Shown here in pieces: positions 37,671-49,560 of a DNA stretch of 64,000 nt. Positions within the stretch are counted from its first letter, which is position 1. The number at the start of each line of letters is the position of its first letter. Made by a program: the position numbers and the translations under genes. Source of the DNA: Hydrolagus affinis (lineage: Eukaryota); NCBI GenBank assembly GCA_012026655.1, contig JAAILG010000416.1, positions 1 through 64,000 on the forward strand, written 5' to 3'. Below the pieces are notes generated by a model. The model was not told where the DNA came from. It searched no databases and saw nothing but the letters and a program-made list of their open reading frames with translations.

Positions 37671-38142
37671 AAGAAATAGTTGAAGATTGAAGCTATTGCA
37701 AAATAACATGCCCCGTGCACTAACATTTAAAAATGTGTTTGACTTCTTTACGGGAATTCCAATTGTAAAAATTTCACCGTGAAATGACATCACGTGTGTG
37801 GACTGCTTGCTTGGGTTTGAGAGACCCTATGATCTTAGTCAGTTAGAGCTCCAAATTGTTTGAGCCAATTCTCTAAGGCGGGGGGGGAAACCATTCAGAA
37901 CAAGATCGAGTGAGGACACAGTCTCAATGCAAAGAAACATAAACAGCCAAGCCATTAAATGGCCCAAAAGGGAGTAATGAAAGCTAAGGTTTGCCAACTG
38001 TGCAATCCAGAATATTTCATCAAGAGTTTAGAAGAATAAACTCAAATGCGGAGTTGGACTAAACAGACTGGATTATGGCATCAGGGATGTGGAACCCCAT
38101 AGCTAGTTTATTCCTTAGTAACTGAGTTAATAAGGAACTTAC

Positions 38143-38211
38143 TTGAAGGGATGACGATTAGCTCCTTTGTGCTTGAGCTTTCCTTTCATTCCCTTATGTT
38201 TAGAGGTGAAA
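38143..38211 (-). CDS. SULF2: SULF2 exon 15 equivalent (69 nt)
   Basis: ctgtag|T TTC...TTC AA|gtaagt; FTSKHKGMKGKLKHKGANRHPF; phases fit both neighbouring exons. Confidence 0.88.
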
Positions 38212-38437
38212 CTACAGAACACAAACGGGATAAAACCAAACAGAAGTAAGGAGGAAATTATTATCGAGTGGAAATCATATTTCAAGATGCAATTCATTCC
38301 ATCTATTCAACCTGACTAATTGAATAAAATAATACATGAATAATTACATAAGGTAATGACTACATTATGTTAGTGGAGTGGTGAGAGAAGATTGTTGCAA
38401 TGATACAATGAAGGGAGCTTGAATTCCTGAAACGAAC

Positions 38438-38532
38438 CTCAATTTGGAACAGTCACATTCTTCAGGCCTTTTTTTCTTCAAGTGTCCTCTGACCTCACGT
38501 AAATTCTTTATTTTGGTTTGGAGGGTTTCAAT
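38438..38532 (-). CDS. SULF2: SULF2 exon 14 equivalent (95 nt)
   Basis: cttag|ATT...TTG AG|gttcgt; [31 protein letters not shown]. Confidence 0.93.
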
Positions 38533-38578
38533 CTAAGGACAGAGGTTAAGGGAGAACATCATTCATCCATCAGAAAGC

Positions 38579-38890
38579 GTGGAGTCCTGTAGCTCAGTAA
38601 TTGGAGCACTCGCCTTACAAATGCGAGACCTAAGTTTGATGCCAGATAGGATGAAACCTTGGGCAAGTTTCCTCACTCCACACGCCTGACAATATTCCCT
38701 CAAAAAAAAGTGTAATAAATTGGTCGTTTCAATCCATGACTGTTTATTGGACACTGCTGTGCGCAATTGGCTGTCGCTCTTTGCCCACAAATACACAAGT
38801 CAATTCACTTTACAGTATATTCTGTGAAGCGCTTTGAGACATCTAGAAGACGTGAAAAGCGCTATATCAAATGCTAGAATTCTTATTATT
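38579..38890 (+). mobile_element. Full-length young tRNA-SINE in a SULF2 intron
   Basis: GTGGAGTCCTGTAGCTCAGTAATTGGAGC...TGTGAAGCGCTTTGAGACATCTAGAAGACGTGAAAAGCGCTATATCAAATG...TTATTATT. Confidence 0.9.
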
Positions 38891-39184
38891 AATTCACCAG
38901 AATGTTTATCTTTCAGTCCTAAATGGTTAGGTCTACATGTCAAATATCCCAATAGGACTATTCAATTGACAGCTATAGCTAGACTAGCAAAAATTGTCTA
39001 ATTGAAGGGAAATATGCAGGTTAATTTCCAACCAATGCTTGAAATGAAACAAAATTAGCTTTGTACAAAAGTAGTTTAAACTAGTTACTGTAATGAGTTG
39101 AAAGACCGAAATAATTTCCTCGCAATTGGTGATTCGTCCTGTGAAATAGGTTTGGGTAATGATCAGTTCCGTGGCTCAACTGAC

Positions 39185-39281
39185 CTCATGATCAATGTGG
39201 AGTTTGTGATCCTTCCACGCTTGGAGCGATTTGTACAGATCGCTATCACAATGAACTGTGTCATTGGCCAATATATAGCAT
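39185..39281 (-). CDS. SULF2: SULF2 exon 13 equivalent (97 nt)
   Basis: tgcag|A TGC...GAG|gtcagt; CYILANDTVHCDSDLYKSLQAWKDHKLHIDHE. Confidence 0.94.
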
Positions 39282-40124
39282 CTGCAATAACAAAAGGAAA
39301 CTGTATGTAATCTCCATTCAATGTTACTTCATTCACTAGTGCTACTCTCTTCAGATGATGACGATGAGTTTAAACGAAAGACCTAATCCAAAGGATGACT
39401 GAAAATTAATTTCACTAACTGCAGTATTATTAAACCCACTTTTAAAATTACAACTTGCAAGAAGTTAACTGAGTGAGGCACTGGGCTATAGCCGCATTCT
39501 TGGCACTAGGTGTGAATCCAGCCAAGTTTGAAGGGATCTATGTCATATATTTACGTTCAAATTCCATATCATCGCAGGCTCACAGATCCCAAACTGTACT
39601 AATAATAATAATATCATAGAGGTCTAATTAACTCCAAACAGGCAAAAAAAAATCTATTTCCAGATATGCTGTAACACGATCTAGTTGCTAGAATTCACAA
39701 ATGCATGACAGATCTCAGAATTCATTGATACTTCATAATGGTGGACTTAAATGTGCTTGATGTTGCTGACAATACCACTCACATAGACAAGCAAAAAAAC
39801 TCACATACATGTTAAATGCATCACAATTAAAATTTTATGAGAATGTTGCCACAAATTTATACACGCGGCTAATGGCTAATATTCTATCTAGGAAGTCACT
39901 GGAGGAACACTCCTTCTGCTCCATATTATGGCCGATTGTCTCATATTTATTCAGGTAAGCCATTGAATTAAAACCACATGGGATTCGCAGTACCATTTGT
40001 CTGGTTTCAGAGGTGCTGAATGATTGATGACACGAGTCAAGTAGACGTGGATAAGGCAAAGCTTTGTTGAAAGCTTGGAAAGAAACAAAAAAAAACACAG
40101 AAAAAAAATAATGTGGTAACTTAC

Positions 40125-40353
40125 TTATGTGTGACTTTAATCGAACTGGGTATAATTAATTCATTGTTATTGTCGGTGCCGCTGCTTTCACCCATGTTCT
40201 CTTCATCCTCATCAGCGACATAATGCCTTTTACTGACGTTCTTTGGTAAAACTGGATCGAATCCCTCATCCAAATCCAGATCGTAAACCTCTCCCTCCAG
40301 TTCAATGGACACTGAACGGACTGACCTGTTGCGCATGTAGTTCTGCTTCAATT
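40125..40353 (-). CDS. SULF2: SULF2 exon 12 equivalent (229 nt), furin-site exon
   Basis: cacag|AA TTG...CAT AA|gtaagt; LKQNYMRNRSVRSVSIELEGEVY...NVSKRHY...IKVTH. Confidence 0.92.
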
Positions 40354-41099
40354 CTGTGAAAAAGTGAAAACAAATTGCAGCGATAACTATTTTTTGCAAC
40401 GATTAAGAGGCGGCGTTTTTACACCTGCCACAATCAATGTGCAAAAAAAAGTGACCTGGAGAATTTGCATCTCGTACTGCACACTTCAAAGAATAGGGGC
40501 TTCTAAGGCACTGGGACACGGGCGCGATGGCTGTACATCTTGAATAAATGCGAGCGGCGCTACGTGCAAAGCAGAGTTGGTTGATGTTAATGCTACGTTC
40601 TTTGGCAGTAAGACAGGAGAAAGCATGAGGAGGAGTTCATGGAGAGCAGGAGGGTTGCCAGTGTTGTGAAATAAAACCGTCACTAGAAGGCAGCAAATAG
40701 CCAAATGTGGAGGATTAGAGCTGGTCAGTGTTGTAAGCCTTTTGAGGAACAATAGGGGTTGTTCATGTCGGTTACTTTACTGCCGCTGATATATTACAAG
40801 TGTCATGACCATTGCAATATGCAGTGTGCATCAACACTCTGCTTTCACAAGCTTGGAGAATTCAACGGAGATTTATTTTGCTGGCTAAGTGAAGAAGTTA
40901 CTTGACTTGTGATATTCTTCTGGTTAACCTTCTGTTTGGGGCGAAATGTTGCAGAAGGAAATGTCTCCCAAAAGTGTAATGAGTAAGCGAAAGGGATTTG
41001 GTAGTTTCTAATTCCCCATGCTGGATGTCTACTCTTTCCCTGCTGTTCGAAAAAAAACTTGATTCGATCCTAAGAAGCTGTTGGATTGGTATTGGTATT

Positions 41100-41260
41100 G
41101 ATTTCAAGACCCTCCTCTTCGACCGCACCTTCGACCACCCTCCTACCCTCCGCCTACCCTGATCCCAACCCCAGCTCAGGTCCAAACCCCTGACTCTCCA
41201 CACCTTGAGACGTCCTCTGACGTGAAAGGCACTATACAAATGTAATTTGGTATTGTAGTT
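41100..41260 (+). mobile_element. L2 3' end fragment
   Basis: TTCAAGACCCTCCTCTTCGACCGCACCTTC (FKTLLFDRTF), C-rich UTR, TTGAGACGTCCTCTGACGTGAAAGGCACTATACAAATG tail. Confidence 0.7.
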
Positions 41261-41348
41261 TTGTACTGTATTCCAGCGAAATGACGCACACAATACATAA
41301 TGCGCACTGTGGTATTGTAACAGAAAATAACTATAAAGCTGTACTCAC

Positions 41349-41559
41349 TTCTCTTGGAGAACAGTTTCTGTTTCTGCCGCACTCTTTGGCTTATTTTGTA
41401 TCGATTTTCCACGCATTGGCAGTGGTCTCCGGCGCTGCTGTAGGACTTGGGGAGAAGGCTGCTGGCGCCGTCTTTGATGGAAACTGCCGATGCTGGAGCC
41501 GGCCCTTTGCACTTGTGTAGCCGAAGCTTTCCCGCCCTGTCCTCCACGCACTGCCATTT
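41349..41559 (-). CDS. SULF2: SULF2 exon 11 equivalent (211 nt)
   Basis: cctcag|AAA TGG...AGA A|gtgagt; KWQCVEDRAGKLRLHKCKGP...CQCVENRYKISQRVRQKQKLFSKR. Confidence 0.92.
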
Positions 41560-41810
41560 CTGAGGAATGTACCACCCGGTTAACACGGTGGGGGAAAATT
41601 AGGAGCAACCGCAAAACGCAGCGCTCGTTAATCAACAAGACTGAGCTCCACGCTCTCACCTCCTCCTCCCCGTAACTGAGGCAACAACAACTTGAATTTA
41701 GTCAATCCGCGGATCGCTTTCCGGAGGGTAATAATCCCTTCAAATCTAATAATAATATTAATAATAATTTGCTCACTCTCTCCAGGACTGCTTGTGGGAC
41801 CCTGCTCTAA

Positions 41811-42093
41811 TTATAATAATCCCTGCTTTTGACATTGACTTTTCATGCCATGTTTGTGGACGAAACGCGGCAGCCAATTGCACGCAGCAGTGTCCCACAA
41901 ACAGTCGTGGATTGAAGTGACCAATTCATTAAACTTTCTTGAGGGATTATTATCCATAGGCACAACTGGCTGCCGCATTTCACCCACAAAGTACACAGTC
42001 GCTCCACTTTACAGTATATTCTGTGACGCACTTTGAGATGTCTTGAAGACACGATAAGGCGCTAACATCAAATGCAAGGATTATTATTATTAT
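41811..42093. mobile_element. Two adjacent SINE fragments in opposite orientation (- 41811-41950, + 41960-42093)
   Basis: Core and tail motifs read on opposite strands. Confidence 0.8.
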
Positions 42094-43280
42094 TTATATA
42101 GCACCCTTCAAGTAGGGTACCATCCGAGGAATGCTTGACTGTTTAGGCTGCATGCGAAACACGATTGGCTACTCGGAAAGGGAGAGAGGCAGTGGGGGCT
42201 GGAGAGCGGGCAAATGAGGGAACCTTTTTTTTTTTGCTTCAAAATATAAAACTGCTCCCCCAGCCGTTGATCAAATGCGGATTGCTAAAAAGTTGCTAAA
42301 GGAAGCCAGGGTTAGCTGACAATTTGCAGTGTGAAATTAACCCAAGGAGGCATTCCGGTTGTTCAAGCCAATAATCTCCTGGATAAAATTGGTGTATTTA
42401 CTCTATGGATGTTTGTAATAATATTCCTTACATTTGATTTAGTGCTTTTCACGTCAGGAGGATGTCCCTGAGCACTTCACAGGATGTGCTGTATATATAG
42501 CGTGGTGCAGTGAGTAACTGTGTATTTTGTACGGAATCATGGGACAAATGCTTATGGGACATTACTGGGCATAGAATTTGCCTTCAAAATACGCAGTGCA
42601 ATAAATCATGTGAAGGGCTTTGTGACAGGAAAGGCACCATATCAAACGTAGGGATTATTCTCCTTATTAATCAATCTTGGATCTAATCTTAAGCGGTCTC
42701 CGCTAACGAAAAAAAATCAAAAGAAGCCTTTTTTAAAAAAAAAAAGGAACGGAGGGGAAAAAAAGAAAATATTGAAAAAAAAAGACATAGAATTTTGACA
42801 TTAACTTCTGTTAACATTTAGCTCACAGCATGCACTTCTGGGAAGACGCCACTTACAACACAGTACAATTGCCAGTTGCGACCTTCCCCTGATTAATCGT
42901 CTCAAAAGGGTTGATCAGAATAGGCTTTGTTTGTTTTAGCTGGATGAGAATGTAGCTCTGTTTGATAGTTTAAAAACTGGAGACAAACAAACTCGGTGAC
43001 TTCCGTTGTAAGCTTGAAGTTATTACTGGTGTTATTATTTTTTTTTTAAAACAGGGTAATGAAACTTAGTCTAAGAGGAATAACAGGAAATAGCAAGGTC
43101 ATTTCAGGCCAAAAGAAAGGAAATCCCAATGGGTTTAGATTGCGTTCAGTAAAGATTCAGTTGTAGACTTTTGCTTTGGTAGTTTGTAAAATGTTTTAAC
43201 CTCCTGACTGTTTTGTGAATCAGTTTGCTTCACAAGGAAACGTTGCAGTGGGAACAAAAAATCTTCTTCAGTCCTGATGT

Positions 43281-43460
43281 GTTTTAACCACTGAGCTACA
43301 GGACTCCACAATGAACTGTATTATTGAATCGTGTCTATTAGGCACACAAAATATACAGTCAATTCACTTCAGAGTATAGTTTGTGAAGAGCTTTGAGATG
43401 TCTCAATGATGTGATAAGGGGCTAGATCAAATGCAAGGTATATTATTATTATTATTACTA
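43281..43460. mobile_element. Inverted SINE head (-, 43284-43309) followed by SINE 3' half (+, 43340-43460)
   Basis: TAACCACTGAGCTACAGGACTCCAC is the reverse complement of the SINE 5' end; tail follows on +. Confidence 0.75.
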
Positions 43461-44149
43461 CTGGAGTTGACATGACCGAAACGCATTCAAATTGGAATCT
43501 GAAAGTGGGGAGAATTTCAACCGTGAGTCCGAGCTAGATTCTAACCCAGTTGGCAAAGCTGAAAGCGTGTGTTAGCCTACTTCCCTGCTTAATCTCCCAG
43601 GTTGTGTCATGGGTTGTGTCATTGTTGCTGCCGTTTGCTCTTTGGGGCTTGTATCTTTCATCGAGCTCATTATCCTTGATGCATAATGGCAATCACTAAC
43701 AGAAGGGATATGCACAGGTTTAGAAAAATATATTCTGTGGTTTTACACCAGGGTCCACGCATCAATAATATTTGCAAAATATTTTGCAGAGAAATTGACA
43801 CAGGATTTAATTCACGTCTATTACAATAGATTAGGGTTACACGACTTTGCTAGACACACTACAATACTGGTACACCTGACTAGTTTGAATTCCATTCCTA
43901 TCTTCGATTTGAGGTGATCGGTTGTCTGTCTGATTAAACCGCTATTCACTCATCATTTCAGAGGCACAATGAAAGTACCACTTGCATAAAACTTACACAC
44001 TCATATGAGCACAACAGACAGGAATCAAACACTGCTTGTGATATCTTTGTGCATAAATAGAGCTTTTTAACCCCAAAAATGGAGATTGCTGAATTTCCCA
44101 ATTTGTTAATGCAGATTTAATATTACAAACATACCAGCTGGCAGCTGAA

Positions 44150-44275
44150 ATTTCGCTCCTTACTGCCCACAAAATGCACAGTCAATTCACTTGACAGTAC
44201 ATTCTGTGAAGCGCTTTGAAATGTCCAGAAGGCAAAATAAGGCACTAAATCAAATGTAAGGATTACTATTATTAT
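44150..44275 (+). mobile_element. SINE 3' fragment
   Basis: GCCCACAAAATGCACAGTCAATTCAC...GGATTACTATTATT. Confidence 0.8.
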
Positions 44276-44395
44276 TGGTGTAGTATCCTATCTACATTCG
44301 ATTAGTGCATAACCACAGACTGTGATTCCTGTTGGTATGAAGTAGCTAGGTTTGGGCGGTCTATATATTGTTCTGCATTGATGGCATTCACTTAC

Positions 44396-44522
44396 CTGGC
44401 CCTCTTGTTCACAAGGTGTCTTGTATTCTGCCCTCTGGCATAGGTCCTTCACTCTCTCATATTTTGGCAGAAAGTTTTCCTCCTGAGAGCTTTTACTGTC
44501 CTCCCTCTTATGCAACAGTTTA
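44396..44522 (-). CDS. SULF2: SULF2 exon 10 equivalent (127 nt), start of the hydrophilic domain
   Basis: gctag|T AAA...CAG|gtaagt; [42 protein letters not shown]. Confidence 0.93.
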
Positions 44523-44618
44523 CTAGCAAGGGAAACATACTTTTAATATGGTTGACCGTAATGGAAGAGTTACAAGATATGTAATCATTTGTTTAAAAAC
44601 TACCACACAATGGCATAC

Positions 44619-44675
44619 CCTCTTTCCACGAGGAAGGAATCTCGCCAAACCTTTGTTTTCTTGTTTACGTTGAAC
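44619..44675 (-). CDS. SULF2: SULF2 exon 9 equivalent (57 nt)
   Basis: ttcag|G TTC...AGA GG|gtatgc; FNVNKKTKVWRDSFLVERG. Confidence 0.92.
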
Positions 44676-44854
44676 CTGAAAATATTGGAATTGTTACATT
44701 AATAAATTAATGATTCTTTAAAAATTTTCCAACGCCACTGCTATTTACCTGTTTGAAACTCCAACATTTTTTTTAAGACCCAATTATAATGTGAATAACT
44801 CTGACTGAATGGAAGACTGGGAAGGAATCTGCTTTGATGAAAACTGGGTTACTA

Positions 44855-45054
44855 TAGTAAAAGCCTGTTTATCCATGACCCGATCAACCGTAACTTCTGT
44901 CTAACCAACACCGCAAAAAAAAAAGTCCGCATTCGATTATCCGGAATTTATCCGGCATTTTTTTTTGTGTGTGTGTTTTCTGCCAAATATCCGGCATGCG
45001 CTTTAACCGGCATTGGCCAGGTCCTGAGGGTGCCGGATAAACAGACTTTTATTG
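44855..45054. mobile_element. 200-bp non-autonomous DNA transposon (Tc1/mariner-pogo type MITE)
   Basis: Left end TA|TAGTAAAAGCCTGTTTATCC; right end GGATAAACAGACTTTTATTG|TA (reverse complement CAATAAAAGTCTGTTTATCC, 17/20 match). TA on both flanks; no ORF. Confidence 0.75.
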
Positions 45055-45576
45055 TACTAGTGTGGTTTTGTAACACAGCAACCTTATATTATCCAGTTTG
45101 ATACAGAGTCCTCCACACATTGGTTAAACTTGATACCCTACTAATTTAATTTATTGGGATCATATTACAATATCTATAATTTGGACTCCTTGCATTACAG
45201 CAATTAGTGGTTTCTGACTTGTCCATTGGCAAAACTCACAGCCCTCAAATGGTAAACCTCAAGTTGGCAAAGTCCTAAACGTTAAGATGTGTAAGCAACC
45301 TAGCCAGCTGGCCAGCCATTAGCTTTCGATCTTTGATGTCAAGGGATTTTTGATTTGAAGAATACCAATTTCTTAAGTCAGCTTTTGCAATTAAAACAAC
45401 AAATCCGAATGCAAATGAAATGCCACTGATTTAGATTGAAAAGAGTCAGCAGAAAGGGAAATACAGAATGTCTTTCATCAATATATCAGTCTATCACGAG
45501 ACTCGTTGTGTGACTAATGGTGAAAGGCGTTGTGTCTTATCTTTTGATCCCCTGCACTCGGTTACAAAATTCTTAC

Positions 45577-45705
45577 CTGTTAACCGGTTTTTCGGTTTCC
45601 AGGAGTTTAAGGATAGATTTGCCATCCATTTCAGTTGGAATGTCGAGGCCAGCGATATCTAATATTGTTGGAGCAAGGTCAATGTTCAGTACAATTTGTG
45701 AGATG
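45577..45705 (-). CDS. SULF2: SULF2 exon 8 equivalent (129 nt)
   Basis: cacag|C ATC...AAC AG|gtaag; [43 protein letters not shown]. Confidence 0.95.
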
Positions 45706-46444
45706 CTGTGGAGAACATATTTGAAAAAAGGGTTGAATGAATGACAGGTTTAAAATTGTCTCTGATCTACATAAGAGACTTAGAGACACAAATCTAATAC
45801 AATTCTGTCATATGCAATGACAAGGTCAACTTAACCTTTTCACCCATCACCACACGAACAGACAAGATAAAATATTTGACAAATGCCACAGCATGAAAAC
45901 TTATCTGTGGGATCCATTCTCACTTTCTCTGTATTATCAATGAATGTCACATCACACCACTTTGTATATTCAATGACTACTGCTATTTACTCCGAGGACA
46001 GCTATCAAATGTCAAAATCTATGCCCAATTCTTTTGCTAATCTTATCGTGAACAGCTTTAATAAAAAAAAGCTTACGCTGCCGTTCAAACTGAGAAACCA
46101 CTAAATCTACAAACCTATCAGTAACTCTAAGGGTCCTAAAAGTGATTTAACATATTGTGTTTTTCTTTGGTCTTCACTGTTTCGTTCGTGAAGGCACAGA
46201 GTTCTCGCTGAGCAATAATTAAATAGCAACCTTCATGTCTCAGCCCAGGCATTGACTCCCGTACACGATGCTGGTCCATCTCCAGTTGAGGACGTCATTA
46301 AAGATAAATCAGTATTTACTGTAGACATGAGGAGATTTTCCCAGGGCAAAATGATAACGCATTAAACATGCTTGGAAACCTATAACTGCCATGTGATCCA
46401 TCCAAACTGTATTCGTTATACAGAAATACTTAGACTGTTTGTTG

Positions 46445-46830
46445 TAGCATAGAAACAGACCTCTCAGCCCAACTAATCGGAGACATTGTTTATATGCCAC
46501 ATGAACCTCTACCCTTCCTAATCTACTCCCCCTACATCCCTCTATTCTTTTTTCCCTTGCATGTGTATCAAATTTCCTCTTAAATATATATGTTGATGCT
46601 TTTCCTTTCGACCATAGCTTCCAGCTTTGAGTTCCATATCCTAACCACCTTCTGCATAAAGATGTTGCTTTGAAATTCTCTTTCACATCTTGCACTGGTT
46701 ATCTTATATTTATGTCATTTTGGACTCATCGACCAAGTGAAAACAGACTATTAACTTACACTTCATGAAATCCTCCCATTATTCCAAACACCACTATCAG
46801 GTCGCCCTCTCAATTGTCTCTTCTCTAGAG
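46445..46830 (-). mobile_element. CR1-clade LINE 3' fragment
   Basis: Minus strand reads a frameshifted SLEKRQLRG(D)LIVVFGIMGGF...GHKYKI...FKRKFD, like the CR1 ORF2 C-terminus, then GGGCTGAGAGGTCTGTTTCT 3' end. Confidence 0.75.
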
Positions 46831-48815
46831 AGAGAGGAGAAAGCTGTATCCGCTCACATCTCAATACTTAAACCACTCTCTCTATTCTAAAATATGATGA
46901 CCAAAGAAAGCTCTGTGAAGCTGAAGGTCACAAGTAAATTCAATTGAATGAATTAAAAACAGAAACTGTATCTGGTTAATAAGGTAAGTGGAAAAGCACT
47001 ATTGCAGTCTCTATAGTTCAAATGGCAAGTATGAACCACTTGAGCTTTGCTCTTGTGTTTTAGAAGATCATTTAAGTCCCTTGATTGAATTATTGCCATC
47101 AACTCTCTGTCTGGAAGCAATATTCATACGATGAAGCCTTTCAGAGATATTAATAAAGAAACTTTTGTTTCTGCAAGCAATTTTGAGGCCATTAGTACCT
47201 GTGAATACGTTATTTTTGATGGGTTTCTCTGGGAATATTAAGAACTCTATAGCACCGATGTGAAACGGATATCCAGTGGAACTTCCAGTAAGAATGCTAC
47301 ATTTAACACATTCTTCTGTGGTTTACACTCATGGAAAAACTATGTCATTTATCTCAAAGGCGGAATCTCATCATCACATTATAATCAACTTTTTTTCTGA
47401 CTAAAGCATTTGTTGGAATATTTTTCTGGGTGCTGCTGACATCAACTGAACTGGTTGGAAGAGCAACTGAGGGAGTTGAATTAACATTTAATTACATAGA
47501 ATGATACAGGCCATTCGATCACATTAGTCTGTGATAATCAGTGATACCAGGCTCTGTCCTAATTTACTCCGTCATGCAGTCAGAGTCAATACTTTCCCAT
47601 ATCCAATGCCAACGATTACGCAATCTGTTTTATATACAAAAAAAATCTCAAGCTATGTTTAAGAATAAAACATTTTAGACAATGCCTTCTCTGTAACAAT
47701 GTGATAGTGTTCAACATACATTTACCTTACTTCAACCAGGTTAGCCTACAAATCAACAGCCCAACTTGACGATGCGTGAGGCTTGCTGCGTTGGTGAATA
47801 TGAAATGGCCTGTGCTGTCCCTGGTCTGTTCTCTCTAACTCATTGCAGCTCTACAACTCTCCCTGAGAAGTCTCTCTTCAAAGCTGAAGAGTTTTATCCA
47901 ATTCATCTGCAGTCGCATTAGCCAAGCAATCTGCACACACACGTTCCAAGTCAGGGAAGTTGGTACCGGTGAGGGCCATCAGTAAATTGCAAGTGGCAGA
48001 AAATCATTTCAGGTTTGTGCAATCATATTAAATTAGGGTCACAACATTCATTGAGGCACTTGGAGTGGAACCTAATGTGTGTCATTAGTATGGTATTTTT
48101 CCTTCAGAGAAAAGACAAATAAGCATCGTGGAATTGAACGGGATACGAAAGGTTTCCCTCGTCATTTACAGATGAGAAACTTTAATCATCAGGAAGGCAA
48201 TTTCATTAAGGGGTATCCATGCTCTCGTGGGAATTTGGGGGAGCGAACGATGTTCTGCTCCAGAGACTGTTTTGGAGCCTCCAACAATAGCTATCAGGTA
48301 GTCTTGATGTTACCCATGTAACGAAGCAAATAATCACGTGGAAGATGTTCTTATTTCCGTGTCGATTTTCTAAAGTTATTTCAGTGTTAGCAAGGGTCTT
48401 TCAATTTGTCTTTTTGGGAGGGAGGGAGGGAGTGGAATTCAATTGTAAAATGAATGCTTGATTAGGAAAATTTAGTTAATGGGACAGCTCGTAACCAAGT
48501 TACAGCTTAAAAGTATGTTTAAAAAATTTACAGTACATTTAAGCCACTCAAGATATTGGGTTCGAACATGTGTCACCAACGGTGATAATTACCACATCAC
48601 ATATTTTTTTTTAAAAAAAACGCAGCAATAGAATTAACATTAATAGAAAACATTCAGGTTGTAAACTGGCTTCTAAAGTTGGACAAACCATTTGCGGTCA
48701 AGATCGAACGTTGGCCAGACTGTCCCCCTAAGCAGCTTCTATTATAAGGTGAATAAATCAGGTTTCCTAGCCTTCCTCTAGCTAGTGGCAAAGTAATAAT
48801 TTAATAACGTCTTAC

Positions 48816-48991
48816 ATTGATCCAGCCTCCACATTCGGACCACGTATGAAAAATGGCACTCGGATGTCAAACTCATAAGGCATCGATTTCCCCTTGACGA
48901 GCCCAAACTGTCCGATGTGGTACCCGTGATCCGCTGTGTAGATTAAATACGTATTTTCCACTTCGCCGGTCTCCACCAGCATGTCGAAGAG
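48816..48991 (-). CDS. SULF2: SULF2 exon 7 equivalent (176 nt)
   Basis: ttccag|CTC...TCA AT|gtaag; [58 protein letters not shown] (includes the metal-binding DH motif). Confidence 0.95.
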
Positions 48992-49409
48992 CTGGAAAAA
49001 TAGATACGCAAAATCTTTTTAACGAAAAGCAAATTTGCGCTCCAGCCTCTTTCCACGGGGAACTGTTTGTTTGTATTTAGCAGCTTGTCAGTTCAATAAC
49101 TCTTCAAGCTGCGACACAATCCTCGGCTTGAGTGATGCTGTAAGTTGGGCTCTTGCACACTGTGCAATCACAAGCTGATTACCGCCCCCACCCCCTCTCT
49201 CTCTCATATTAACATGCCTCAATCATACTCTTTAACTCGCCTGTATGTATATACATCACCTACAGCCATTGCTCAGGAGTCTAGATTGTTAATGGCCGAG
49301 TCATTCATCAGTCATAAAACATGTATGACCCATATTAATACAGTAATAGGTGGAAAGTGCATTCAAGCTTTGAGTGCTTTGCTTGTTTCAGGTAGCTTTA
49401 CTCCTCTAC

Positions 49410-49560
49410 CTTTTGTATCGAGTCGTCCACAGACATTAAAGTCTGCAACCGCTTCCTCTGCAGCATGTTGGTGAACTCCATGTGAATGGGTTTCATTGGT
49501 CCCGTGTACCTCATAATCCAATGCTTGTCTGGGTTGGGTGCGTAATTATAGCTGGGAGTG
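49410..49560 (-). CDS. SULF2: SULF2 exon 6 equivalent (151 nt)
   Basis: ctgcag|C ACT...AAG|gtagag; [50 protein letters not shown]. Confidence 0.95.

Noticed and set aside
39470-39540. Possible LF-SINE-like heads (also about 43500-43590)
   Set aside because: Only a B-box-like word matches; too short to support a call without an HMM search.
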